From contig OZ024756.1 of the NCBI GenBank assembly GCA_964016885.1, forward strand, positions 19,158,001 to 19,222,000: DNA of 64,000 nucleotides. Direction: 5' to 3'. This document shows, one piece after another, positions 42,389 through 54,734 of this stretch; the stretch's first letter is position 1; each line of letters begins with the position of its first letter. The DNA is from Eledone cirrhosa (Eukaryota). The notes under the pieces are model-generated. The model had not been told where the DNA came from, did no database searches, and saw nothing but the letters and a program-made list of their open reading frames with translations. Both the position numbers and the translations under genes were made by a program.

Positions 42389-42553
42389 CAGGCATGTAAA
42401 ACATGCGGACCTTTACAAGCACACCTATGGCCTGCACAAAGGTTTTTACAGCACGAGCATGTTTTATATTCGTAAAATTAGTTATGTGTGGCTTTCTGAC
42501 AACACATATGTGACCCATGTGGCCCTTGGGGGACCCTCAGTTTGACATGCCTG
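42389..42553. mobile_element. hAT-like MITE
   Basis: CAGGCATGT.AAAC / GTTTGACATGCCTG TIRs and an imperfect 8-bp TSD (ttttaagt/ctataagt). Confidence 0.6.
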
Positions 42554-42629
42554 CTATAAGTGACAAGGTGACAAGTGTATATGCTTGAGTGGAGATGGTA
42601 TGAAACTAGTTTACAGAGTTCTATGTTAT

Positions 42630-43032
42630 TGTAATAGCAATAGAACAGCCCCTCCTAGTCTTTGGAGAGTCTAAGAATCATAAGTTATAGTAACAGCAAT
42701 AGAACAGCCCCTCCTAGTCTTTGGAGAGTCTAAGAACCATAAGTTATAGTAACAGCAATAGAACAGGCCTCTCCTAGTCTTTGGAGAGTCTAAGAATCAT
42801 AAGTTATAGTAACAGCAATAGAACAGGCCTCTCCTAGTCTTTGGAGAGTCTAAGAATCATAAGTTATAGTAACAGCAATAGAACAGGCCTCTCCTAGTCT
42901 TTGGAGAGTCTAAGAATCATAGGTTATAGTAACAGCAATAGAACAGGCCTCTCCTAGTCTTTGGAGAGTCTAAGAATCATAAGTTATAGTAACAGCAATA
43001 GAACAGGCCTCTCCTAGTCTTTGGAGAATCTA
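42630..43032. repeat. 60-bp minisatellite, about 6.5 units
   Basis: Repeated gcaatagaacaggcctctcctagtctttggagagtctaagaatcataagttatagtaaca unit. Confidence 0.95.
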
Positions 43033-43525
43033 GCTGTATGTTGCTTTTTCTAACTATTTGTACTTCTATTGACTTTCACCCAAGATGAGTTGAGCCAGTT
43101 CCAACCAGTTAATCTAAAGCATTATGAACAAAGACAACCCTTGTACAGTGATCACAGAAAACTGGCACAGCTATTATCAGCTAGTCATGATTCTAATAGC
43201 AGATACTATATACAGGGTGTCGCCGAAAAATGTATACACATTTCAACAGCATTCTAATTAAAGTAAATATATGCTTTTTGGGGACACCCTATATATGATG
43301 ACTAGACATTAACTCAAGATCTGACGTGATCATGCAAATTTATGTTTGGAATTGTCTACACCACTGTTTACATCATCCAGGAAAGGGTTCTGGTATGACT
43401 GCTTCACACATGAGTTCACCTTGTGGGGGGCAACAGAGTGCATGACCAAACCAATTGGTGGTGGTGGTGGTGGGGGTGGGAGACACCTTTTGAGTAACAC
43501 AGGAATAAAGACAGCTAATACTTAC

Positions 43526-43698
43526 ACATCTACTTCACAAATATGGCAATGTTGGTTTTCAATGACGTGTTTATGTTGATTCCGATCAAATGATTTCGGC
43601 ACTGCTTGAAGACGCTTTAAAACATTCTCATCGGCGGGATTTATAGATGTGGCGATAACATTGATGAAAAAATGGACAGTAAAAAGCACTCCAACTGA
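43526..43698 (-). CDS. ZDHHC1: ZDHHC1/11-like exon 2 (SVGVLFTVHFFINVIATSINPADENV...HVIENQHCHICEVDV)
   Basis: 173 nt, phase 0 to 2, AG acceptor and GTAAGT donor. Matches the S.DPAD.NV and HVIE..HC..C motifs. Absent from the ORF track. Confidence 0.93.
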
Positions 43699-45388
43699 CT
43701 TGAGTTATAATTAAGGACTATAACAGAATGTAGGCATTGATTTTTTATGCTTTGGTTTTCTTTTTTTTTTTTCTAAATAAGTTTATAGAAAAAACAATAA
43801 ATATATATCATAAAGAGTCGGGACCCGACAGCTGAGCTCTTGCCATTTCTACAGCTAGTTATATATAAAGTGGTGTGAAATCATGGATTAATTAATAGTA
43901 ATAGTCACTTAGATTAACTTTGATAGGTTTCGGCTAGTATTGGCCCAGGCCATGTCTAACTTAATAGCACCACCTGATTAGTTTATCTAAATAACTATAA
44001 ACACAGTCATATAGAAGACTTTCATAGTTTTGGACCAATAAAAATCAGATGAGCTTTTGCTTGTTTTAAAAGAAATTTAAAATCAACTCTGGCCCTAGTT
44101 TCATCGGCCACAAACCCTGGTACTTTGGCCCGCTATGCAGAGGAAAGGAAGATAAACAAATACTGGGGATTGTTCGGCTGCTTCTGACCTCAGGCATACT
44201 TGGACCCCATACTGCCAAGTTTCTCTACAAGATCGGAATATCAGCAGCTTGTCTGAGGAAGGAGCTCCGTGAGGTGGGGTGGCTGTTGCAGTGGGTGTCA
44301 CTGGCCATAGTCCACAGGAATGCTTTTGTGGTCTTGTCCATGGGGCACAGCCCCATTACCACTGTGCCCTAGGCCCAGAGCCCAATCACCTTCCTCTCCC
44401 TCCTAGAGCCCTTGCCTTTTACTTCCTTTTTTTTTTAAAATATTTTCTTATTTTACATTCCATTCTTTCTTCTCAATCTGAATTTTTTCCCCCTTTTTCT
44501 ATTAAATTGTTTTTACTATTATAAACATCAATTTACTAGTGTAAATAACATTTATATTGTAGGGAATCTAATAAAAATATCAAATGTAGGTTTAAAGGGT
44601 TAAAAGTGTGGAAAATAACCTGAATAGTTTTATGTAAATGTCTTAAATAATCAATATATAAATTATATTTATGTAACAAATCAATAATTTATTTGTTTGT
44701 CATCTATACTGAGATGGGACCTCTTTAGAATAGATAAGGTAAATATATATATACACACATACACACACAAATACACACATACACACACAAATACACATAC
44801 GCACTCATACACACATGCATTCGCTCACACAAACACTCACATGCTCACACACACTCATTCACACTCATACATTCACTCACTCATACATTCATTCACTCAC
44901 ACACACTCGTTCAATCACACACTCATTCACCACTCTCTCTCACACCCCCACCCACACAAATGCATACACACACACGCACAGAGATACATAAACACACATA
45001 TACATATAAACACACAAATACACCCAAACAAATACATACATCATCATCATCATCGTTTAATGTCTATCTTCCACGCTAGCATGGGTTAGACGAGAATTGT
45101 CCCACTTGAGGCAAGATTGGTCGGATGACCGTGTCTCACTTGTATAGGACTATCTGGCAGGTTGTCTACGGCTGGATGCCCTTCCTAACACCAACCACAT
45201 TTACAGTGTGGATACAACACACAAATACACACACATAAACACACACACGCAGATACATAAACACACAAACAAACATACACAAAACAACACATAATTATTA
45301 AAAGCTGAATCATTGAGAATTACACATTGAAACTTTAAGTAAAGATCAAATTTTTAAAATAAAATTTGTTTTTAAATCCTCAAAAGAG

Positions 45389-45447
<59 letters not shown>

Positions 45448-45450
<3 letters not shown>

Positions 45451-45663
45451 CACGCTGTAATGTGGCCGTGTAGGCAACACGGTAAAAACCTCCCAGCCCC
45501 ACACTGTAAATGTGGTTGGTGTTAGGAAGGGCATCCAACTGTAGAAAACCCGCCAGACAGTCCTATGCGAGCAAGACAACCACTCTTGCCTCAAGTGGGA
45601 AAACTCCTGTCCAAACCCATGCAAGCGTGGAACATGGACGTTAAACGATGATGATGATGATGA

Positions 45664-45668
<5 letters not shown>
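45448..45668 (+). mobile_element. RTE 3'-UTR short copy; relatives at ~3230-3415, 13108-13158, 14160-14213, 45040-45212, 46797-46990, 53765-53990
   Basis: Near-identical to the 3' UTR of the full element (gttaggaagggcatcc...cccatgcaagcgtggaa...gatgatgat). Confidence 0.85.
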
Positions 45669-45725
<57 letters not shown>

Positions 45726-45933
45726 CGTGTGGCTGAGTGGTTAGAGAATTGGATTCACAATCTTGAGGTTGTGAGTTCTAGTCCTGGACCGATCGATGCG
45801 TTATGTCCTTGAGCAAGACATTTTATTTCACGTTGCTCCTTCTACCTGGAGTTGCGACCGATAGATAGTATTAGCAACTGGAAAGACCGATGGAAACATT
45901 GTTTCCTCGGCCCGATTTGACGAAAGTCGATCG

Positions 45934-45964
<31 letters not shown>

Positions 45965-46169
45965 TATGTGTAGATAAATCTACCAAAATAAAACGGTAGT
46001 GTCCAATCCATATGAAGAACTCAATGTAATCCAAATATAGAAGGTATCATGAAGAGAGAAAATGCATTCAAAAATCAACGATAAAAATCATAGGAAAACA
46101 GAGTCAAGATAAATTAATAAAAACAATGAAATAAAAACAAAGAACAGGTTCCTTATATTGAAAAATTCA

Positions 46170-46302
46170 TCATTTTACGATTGTTTCCAGGATATATATG
46201 TGTGTTGGTATGTATATCATGTTAAAGATCTATGTAAAAAAATTACAAATTATCAGAGGAGATATACATACCTTCACATATACATGCCATCTTCAGAAAT
46301 GA
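46170..46302 (-). ncRNA. Hammerhead ribozyme with extended (~100-nt) stem II, sense-strand in the U12 intron
   Basis: tcattt-CTGAAGA-long hairpin (atgtatatgtg/cacatatatat, ggtatgtatatc/gatatacatacc)-GAAA-caatcg-TA-aaatga. Stem III is one mismatch from the palindrome cgatcg. Confidence 0.68.
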
Positions 46303-46337
46303 TATATATACATATATATAAAACAAAAAAAGGATAC

Positions 46338-46541
46338 ACAGTACATATAAGGCTGTACCTCTTTAACTAGAGCAGGAACCATTGTGGTGAAAAAAAAGAT
46401 TCCCAGGAAAATAAATGTACCCCATGCCACGAACTGTAGAGGATGTGGTGGGAGACTCCAACCATTTAGGCGCGCTTCTCTGTAGACCTCAGAGCTGGAT
46501 GGTTTCTTGCAACTATCAAGTAGTTCCCTGAGAATCCCCAT
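46338..46541 (-). CDS. ZDHHC1: ZDHHC1/11-like palmitoyltransferase, coding exon 1 (MGILRE...RLNGWSLPPHPLQFVAW...PYMYC)
   Basis: R.NGWS.PPHPLQ..AW is the N-terminal signature of ZDHHC1/11. 204 nt, ends phase 0 at GTATCCTTT. A polypyrimidine tract plus AG at 46635-46634 implies an upstream 5' UTR exon. Confidence 0.92.
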
Positions 46542-46719
46542 ATTAGCACAAAGGCCATATATAGAAGAAAAAAAAAAAAAACCACTATCTCTGTTGCAGG
46601 TAGTTAAGATGTCATTGCATCAGTTGGAGAAAACTGTAATGAGAGAGAAAGAAAGAAAGAAAAACTTATGATAAAATAAAGTACCAGTAACATACTGTAG
46701 ACAATTTAACTCTTTAGCT

Positions 46720-47406
46720 CAGAGGTTCTCAAAGTGGGTGCTACTCCTTACCTGAGGGGCGTTGGGAAATGAGGAGGAGGGGGGGAGTGATGATATCATC
46801 ATCATCACCGTCTTATGCCCGTTCTTCCACGCTAGCATGGGTTAGACGGGTTGTTCTGTTGTGGGCAGTGTCCGGTCGGCTGACCTTGTCTTGCTCATAT
46901 GGGAACTGATTCTGGTATGATTTCTACAGCTTCCTAACACCAACCTCATTTACAGCGAGTGCTGGGTGCTTTTTTGCTGTGGCGCCTACACGTCCACTTT
47001 GCAGTGGAATGATAGGGACCTCAGTCCTATCATCTCATTTCTACAGCTGAGTAAACTGGAGCAATGTGAAATAAAGTGTCTTGCTCAAGGAAACAACACA
47101 TCTCCCAGTCCAAGAATTGAACTCACAACCTTTCGATTGCAAGTCTAATGCTCTAACCACTAAGCCATATTAAATATCAACTGATACATATCATATATAA
47201 ATATAGTAAAATAAAAAATATATAATACTTATTTATACATAGTATATATTATATTATTTATTATATATAAATTAACGATTTTATTTATCATATTATTTAC
47301 AATTTGTGTGTAGGCAGGTCTCACCGGAAATAGGGCTGGGGGGGTGCTGAGGGTATTACGTGGCTGTGAGGGAGAGGGGGGGGGGGCAAAAGTTTGAGAA
47401 CCTCTG
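46720..47406. mobile_element. hAT-like element nested in a piggyBac MITE TIR and itself carrying RTE-tail and SINE insertions
   Basis: CAGAGGTTCTCAAA / TTTGAGAACCTCTG TIRs and 8-bp flanks ctttagct/ctttaaca. Confidence 0.7.
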
Positions 47407-48605
47407 CTTTAACATTTAAACCGGCCATATCTGGCCAGAATTCTCTCACCTCTTTTTGTTCAAACTGGCCGCTCATGCTGACGTTAAGGTATTGTTCTCA
47501 AAATAATTAAATTCAAAACCTCGTTGAATCAATATTATGTGAGATAATTATGTAAGATAACACCTTTACCACAAAAATACAATAGTATATATAATGTAAA
47601 TACTAAGGGTTAATCGACTTTTCCCTCTCCCAAGAAACCATTTAATGATTTAGGCACAAAGCCAGTCCTTTCCCACAGCAACCATTAAATAACTGTTGCC
47701 AGCTGTCGGGACACTGCATCCTTCAAAACTTCCATGCTTCTTGAAATTCGCCAACACTACACATGATATTCCCCTCCATACTCACACACACGTGTGTGCA
47801 TCACGACTCATACACTTCACTTTCTTGACATCTGTACATTATTCTATGTACTATACATGCACCTTGGATGAGTTGTAGTGCACCTGAGCACTGTACACAA
47901 TAATTTTCATTATTATTTATTATTTCATAATTGAGCAATTAGGTCAACAGAAAAATAATTAGGTTTCCAGCTCCCCCCCCCCTCCACTACACACACTCAA
48001 TTGCTCATTGACACATGCTCATTTGATCACTCACACACACATTCTGTGAGTCGGTAGAGCAACAATTGAGTCAACTCCAGTAGTTTAGATGAACACTAAA
48101 CACCAAGATCAGCAGCCATATAGACTTAACCCTTTAGCATTTAAACCAGCCATATCTGGCCAGAATTCTCTCACCTCTTTCTGTTCAAAACGACTGTAAC
48201 CAGCCACTCATACTGATGTTAAGATATTTTTCTCAAAATAAATAATATCAAGATCTCACAGATGTGATATTATGTGAGGTAAAGCCTTTACCATGAAAAT
48301 ACAATAATAAATATAGAGTAACGTAAATGCTAAAGGGTCATGGTACGGTGCCACAAAGTCACTCATTCTGTGAGTCGGTAGAGCAACAATTGAGTCAACT
48401 CCAATAGTTTAAATAAAAATATGCACCAACAAGAACACCAGCCATTTTGACTTAAGGTACGGAGGAATTGGAAACAGTAATGTCCATATCTTTCTCAAGA
48501 ACATCACCAGTGTCAATGAAATAAAAGTCTGTGTCCTTGCCAAGAGTATTACATTGTTATTACACATACATATACATACACACATGCCCACACACCTGTA
48601 TATAT

Positions 48606-51600
48606 CATCATCATCATCATCATCATCAACGTTCCACGCTTGCATGGGTTTGGACGGGGATAGTCCCACTTGAGGCAAGAGTGATTGTCTTGCTCGCATA
48701 GGACTGTCTGGCAGGTTTTCTACAGTTGGATGCCCTTCCTAACACCAACCACATTTACAGTGTGGGTCTGGGAGGTTTTTACCGTGTTGCCTACACGGCC
48801 ACATTACAGCGTGGACTGTGTGTTTTTTTGTCGTGACACCTACACAATCTCATTTGTTTCGGCCTGGATGGCGCGGCACCAACATAACTTTACATAGAAC
48901 GGGGTGGTGTGGATGGGGTGGGGGTGGTGGCGGGACGGGGTGTATTTTGTTAGAGATGCCTACTGGCAAGGCGGGTCTTCTCTGTTACTGAGTACCGCCA
49001 AAGGTCTCGGTCCAGTGACATTGTCTTGGAGAGGTGTAAGTGTGTGAGGTCGGAGTTTATCAGCCCATCCCATGTTTTTCTAGGTCTGCCTATTCCGTGG
49101 CTACCGTCTATCTTTATTGCCCTGCACTTTGTTATACAGCTATCGACTTTCATGCGCATCACGTGTCCATACCAACGCAGCCTTCTCTCGAGTAAACAAC
49201 ATCTGATCCCTCTTATCTCTAATTTTTTCCTTAGTTCGTTTATGCTTTGCCGTTCACGTATATTACTGTTACACATCCAGCGGAGCATGCAAGCTTCGTT
49301 CCTCTCTAGTCTGCGTATATCCTCTGCACACAATGCCCAGGTCTCACTACCATGCAACATTGCTGTTCGTATGCAGGCATCGTACAACCTGCCTTTCATT
49401 TTTAGGGAGAACCCTTTAGCAGCTAATAGTGGTATAAGCTCTCTGAACTTTTTCCAACCAGTTCTGAATCTAGCTACAGTACTTTCAGAGCACCCTCCCC
49501 CACTGCTGATTTTATCGCCCAGGTAACGGAAGCTGTCCACTATTGCTATAGAACCCTCTGCGTAATTGAAAGAGCTAGTATTTTGTGGGCACTTGCTGCT
49601 ACTTATTGCACCAGAACACCGGCCACATGTAAAATCTATGTTCTTAGTTAGCTTACCTGTGATCCCACTACATCTTTTATGCACCCATACTTTGCATTTA
49701 GGACATAAAATGGAGTTTCTACCTACGCCTTTCCTACACACCGAACACGACCATTTCCCAGAAGGGACCGCCGCCTTGTTTTCTTTCCTACAAACTAGAA
49801 CTTTGGTCTTAGCCAGGTTAATTTTAAGTCCTTTTGACTCTAGGCCGTGCTTCCATGTTTGGAATTTCTTCTCTAGCTCGGCCATTGATTCCGCTATGAG
49901 TGTCAGGTCATCTGCGTATAGGAGTTCCCATGGGCAGCCTGTCTTGAACTCCTCTGTTATAGCCTGAAGGGCAATAATAAATAGTAGGGGGCTGAGAACA
50001 GAGCCCTGATGGACGCCAACTTTTACGCTAAACTCTTCACTATATTCGTTGTTAATTCTAACCTTGCTGACTGTTTCTTTATACATGGCTTGTATAGCCC
50101 TCACAAGCCATTCGTCAACGCCTAGTTTTCTAAGAGCCCACCAGATAATGGAGCGAGGGACTCTGTCGAAGGCTTACTCCAGGTCGACAAAAGCTAAGTA
50201 GAGGGGTTTACCTTTAGCTAGGTACTTCTCCTGTAGTTGTCGTACTATGAAAAGAGCGTCTGTGGTGCTTTTGCCTGACACAAACCCGAACTGCATTTCA
50301 TCTAAGTCAATTCTCTCTCTGATTAGTTGCGCTATTACTTTTTCCGTGACCTTCATGACCTGGTCGATTAATTTAATGCCTCTATAGTTACTCCTATCTA
50401 GGGCGTCTCCTTTACCCTTATAACAGTTAACGATGATGCTGCTATGCCAGTCCTTCGGAACAACCCCATTCTGTACGACTTGGTTAACTATGCGGGTGAC
50501 CATGGTGTGTCCCACCGTGCCAGATGCCTTCAGCATCTCAGCAACTATTTCCGAAGGCCCAGCCGCCTTACCCGTCTTCATATCCTTGATTGCCTTACTT
50601 ATTATACTCCCCTCGACTAACACTGCTGGTCCCTCTATCGGATCGATATGGGGGAGACTGTCTTTCTCCCATTTATTCTCCTCATTTAGTAGCCTTTCAT
50701 AGTGACACTTCCAAGCTACCTTCTTATCAGTGTCGGTGATGGCAAGTATGCCATCATCGTTAAGTACACACTTCTCCCCGACAATATCACGGTTTTCCTT
50801 GACGCATTGCCTGGCAATCCTGAACACCTCACGCTTTTGGTCATCGCGTTGTAGAACATGCTTGAACTTTCTTTCCTCTGCTTCCCTTCTTGCTAAGTAC
50901 ACTTCTCTCCTAGCTTCCCTCCTGGCCACTTGATAGTCTTCTCTACTTCCCCCATCCCGCCATACTTTCCAAGCCTGCTTTTTGGCCTTAATTGACCCCT
51001 CCACCCTACTGTTCCACCACCATGTTACTCTCCTCCTGCCTACAGGCCTGCTCCAGCCACAGACTTCGTCTGTCGCCAACAGCAGGTTTGCTTTCAGAAA
51101 TTCCCACTGTCCCTCTATATTGTCCGACTCTAAATGTTCTTCCTTACAGTCGAAAGCATCAAGTAATATGCTTTGAAATTTATTTCTGGCTGTGGGGTCC
51201 TTTAGCTTCCATATTTTCCTCCTGGGGATAGTCCTCTTCTGCTGTCGAGTACGTCTCGTCCTGACTATGAGGTCGCTAATTATCAGTCTATGTTGGGAGG
51301 TGCATTCTTCATGGGGGAGGGATTTAGTGTTTACAACAGACACTCTGTCACGTCTTCTGGTAAGGATATAATCTACCTGGCTTGTGTGTTCCCCGGATCT
51401 ATAGGTGATCAGGTGATTGTCACGTTTTTTGAAGTTAGTGTTACAGATAGTTAGGTTATTTGCATCACAGAATTCCAGGATTCTGGAGCCTTCCTCATTT
51501 CTAGTACCAAACCCATAGCCTCCATGGATTTCGTCGTAGCCGTCACAATGTTGTCCAACGTGACCATTTAGGTCGCCTGCAATAATTATATAGTCACTGT

Positions 51601-52175
51601 CAGATATTTGGGAGGTAGTTAGCAACAGTGTCTCATAGAATCTGTCTTTTATAGTGCCGGGCAGTCCGGATTGGGGTGCGTACGCAGATATTACTGTCAC
51701 CGTAGTTCTATTGAGGACAAGTCTTATTTTAATTATTCTGTCGTTCACTCTATTTACGTATATTATCTTATCTGCCCACTTTTCTGCTACCATGATTCCT
51801 ACTCCACCCAGCCCATCGTCGTTTCCCACCCAGAAAAGCTTATAACATCGTTTTTTACCCTCAATGAATCTAGCAGACCCACCCCTCCACCTGGTCTCTT
51901 GAATACAACAAACATCGACCTCCTTACGTTCAAGCATTTCTACAACCTCGTTAGCGCGACCCTTTAGGGTGCCTACATTTATGGTACCAACTCTGAAGTT
52001 TTGGGTTGCGTTTGGAGGGTGGGGGTGGTGGGGGGCGGGGGGAGATAGGGTTACGTTAGCCATCCGCGATATATATATATATATCTATAATCAAGGTTTA
52101 GCAAATAAGAAAAAGTTTCAAAATAAATTTCAAAAAATTCACTGTACTCACTTTTTGCGTGTAGGGATATATACT

Positions 52176-52234
<59 letters not shown>

Positions 52235-52235
52235 T
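48606..52235 (-). mobile_element. Full-length RTE-clade LINE with (GAT)n 3' tail and 30-bp target-site duplication
   Basis: APE endonuclease plus RT ORF. The 3' UTR ends in (GAT)n at 48606-48627. The direct repeat atacacacatgcccacacacctgtatatat is at 48576-48605 and 52236-52265. Confidence 0.93.
48950..52063 (-). pseudogene. RTE LINE ORF (APE endonuclease + RT with internal PHD-like finger), about 1037 codons, one premature TAA at 50176-50174
   Basis: APE motifs GTINVGTL, IQETRW, GDLNGHVG, VDYIL, SQHR. RT motifs QFGF, AFVDLE*AFD, GVHQGSVLSP, YADD, FRYLG. The two track ORFs share one frame. Confidence 0.93.
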
Positions 52236-52258
52236 ATACACACATGCCCACACACCTG

Positions 52259-52290
<32 letters not shown>

Positions 52291-52540
52291 TGTATACACA
52301 CATACATATAGACACACATGTACATATTTAGATACACATACATACATAGATTTAAACAAGCATGCATACACACATCAGTGTTTGAGTGTGTATGTATGTG
52401 CATATATGTGTGTATGTGTATGTGTGTGAGTGTATATGTGAGTGAGTGTGTATGTATGTGTTTATGTATATATAGATATATAGCAACTTTAAATGAATGA
52501 CACAGATAGGGGCAAGTGTTTTCGGGAAGAATAAACTTAC

Positions 52541-52666
52541 CATTTCCATCAATAATGATTTTGAAATACTTTAGTACATCTATTAATAGCCATAGAGGAT
52601 TGTATATAGTTTTATTGATATTATTCCAAATGCTGCTGCAATTCTATTGTTCATAGATATGTGAAA
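52541..52666 (-). other. Candidate 5' UTR exon of the ZDHHC gene
   Basis: Unique sequence bounded by atatcAG and a strong ATG|GTAAGT donor. No transcript evidence. Confidence 0.35.
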
Positions 52667-54287
52667 CTGATATTTAGAGAAAGTCTGGCCGTAAATGATA
52701 ACACAAATCTCTCATGCAGAAACTCTAACTGGAATCCTTATTTAAACACTTAGTAGTCTTCATTTCTGTTGCAAATTTCTTTCCCAAAACCAAACTATGT
52801 ATGTATGTATGGTCCTGTAACTCCTGGTGGTGCTGCAGGAGTGCCATGATGACATATGCTGTTTCTTGGGGCATTGGGTATTTTTAAGCCTAGTGGAGCC
52901 CATCCCCTCTTCAAGTCTGAATACAGCAATCTTCTTCCACAGAAGGATTGAGACTGAGATAGAGGAAATAGGAAAGAGATATAGAGGAAGAATTGACCCC
53001 ATTACTAGACTGGTACTTTTTATCAACCTCAAAAGGATGACAGGCAAAGTTAACCTCAGCAGGATTTGAACTCAGAGAGTAGAGATCTGGAACAAATTCT
53101 ATCCCATGTTCTAACAACTGCCAATTCGTCGCCTTAAATCCAAACTATAAATGTTATTATTGCTCCTCTTCTTCTCCCACATGTTCCAGAGAGAGTTGTA
53201 GGGGCAGTCCTCAAACACTCCTTCCAGCAGATCCTGTCAGAAACAATTGTGTCCAACTGCTCCAGCTGGATCCTCATGACTCCAACCAAGTTCATGGATG
53301 TTATCCAACCATCTGCTTCATGGTCTAGCTCTGGGTCTCCTGCCTGTTGGCTATGTCCATAAAATCTATCCACTGGTTCTTTTCTTAAACATTCTAACTA
53401 CATATCCATAGTAATGAAGCTGTGATCTCTCAAGTCGGAAAACTAGTGGCTCTACCTGGAGTGACTCTCTGATATCCAAGCTACACTCTCTATCAAGTAA
53501 CATTACTCCAAAGACCCTTCAAAGGAACTTTATTTTGATCTTGTTTAAGCATTTAGGCTTTAGACTGTCTGGACACAACTGAAGAACTGTTCCATACACA
53601 TGGAACCAGCTTTCATAGTTTACTTTTTTTAATGACTAAAATTGATGATATACAATTTATTCATGGCTAGATCTCTACAGAATGTTTATTTCTGTTTCAT
53701 CATCTTAACTAAATAAATGAATTGATGGCAGACCCCTCCTCATAAAGGGACTACCCAGTTCGACACTGTAAATGTTGTTCGTGTTAGAAAGGGCATCCAG
53801 CTGTAAAATAAAACCCCAGCAAAAATGACTATGTCCATAAAATCTACATGTCCAGAGTAATAGAGCTGTGATCTCTCAGGTCAGAGAACTAGCAAGATAT
53901 TGACCAGACATGCCTCATAATATGGACGACCAGGCTAACCCATGCAAGCGTGGAAAATAAGACGTTAAACAGCAATGATGATAATGATAATGTATGGTTT
54001 ATATCTGTCACCTACCCATAAACCACATGTTATTGTGCATATGGCACCACCTATATGCCAATTTGTTTACACTTATTACCTTTACACCAAGGCAACACTG
54101 GTACACATTATTGTCAGAAACTCCAGTCTCACCTACTCAGCCTCGTCCTCTGCATATGTCACTCAATATCTTTTCTTCACAACCTTTCCACTGAGAAAGT
54201 TGACAGTAAATATAAACTCTAAAACTTCCATTAGGAAAAGGAGACATATATACATACAGACAAACACACAGACACATACACACACAC

Positions 54288-54556
54288 CATCATCATCATC
54301 ATTTTACGCCCGCTTTTCCCTGCTTGCAAGGGTGGAACGGGTCTTATTAAGCATGGCATCTCTCCATTCATCACAGTCCTTTGTCATCTCCTCCATGAAC
54401 TTCAGCAATCTGAGGTCTGTTCTCACCACCTCCGCCCATGTTTTTCGGGGTCTTCCTCGACTGCGTCTTTCTTCTACTGGGATTTCTTGGCATTTCTTTA
54501 CCTAGCGGTCATCCTCTATGCGCATCACATGTCCATACCAACGCAGTCTTCTCTCC
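54288..54556 (-). mobile_element. RTE 3' fragment
   Basis: The minus strand encodes RRLRWYGHVMR and RGRPRKTWAEV, followed by a (GAT)n tail. Confidence 0.8.
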
Positions 54557-54734
54557 CACACACAACACACATATGTGTATGTTTGTATGTGTGTGTGTAT
54601 ATATATATATATATAAAAATGGAAAAAAATGAAACAAAATTTCATTTCTCACTCTTAGTACGGCTGTTAATATAAATAATATGCATAAGGAAAGTATATA
54701 CTTTCAGACGTTCAATCATCTGGCAGGAAGGTAT

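Larger units (their letters stand above)
43699..46337 (-). other. U12-type (minor spliceosome) GT-AG intron
   Basis: The 5' site is GTATCCTTT. Branch motif TCCTTAAT lies at 43717-43710, about 10 nt before the AG, with no polypyrimidine tract. Confidence 0.9.

Noticed and set aside
42630-43032. CRISPR-like regular repeats (also 57725-58575, 20570-21125)
   Set aside because: There are no unique spacers, the units are fully tandem, the context is eukaryotic and no cas genes are present.
49026-51967. Plus-strand ORFs over the LINE
   Set aside because: Antisense shadows of the RTE ORF.
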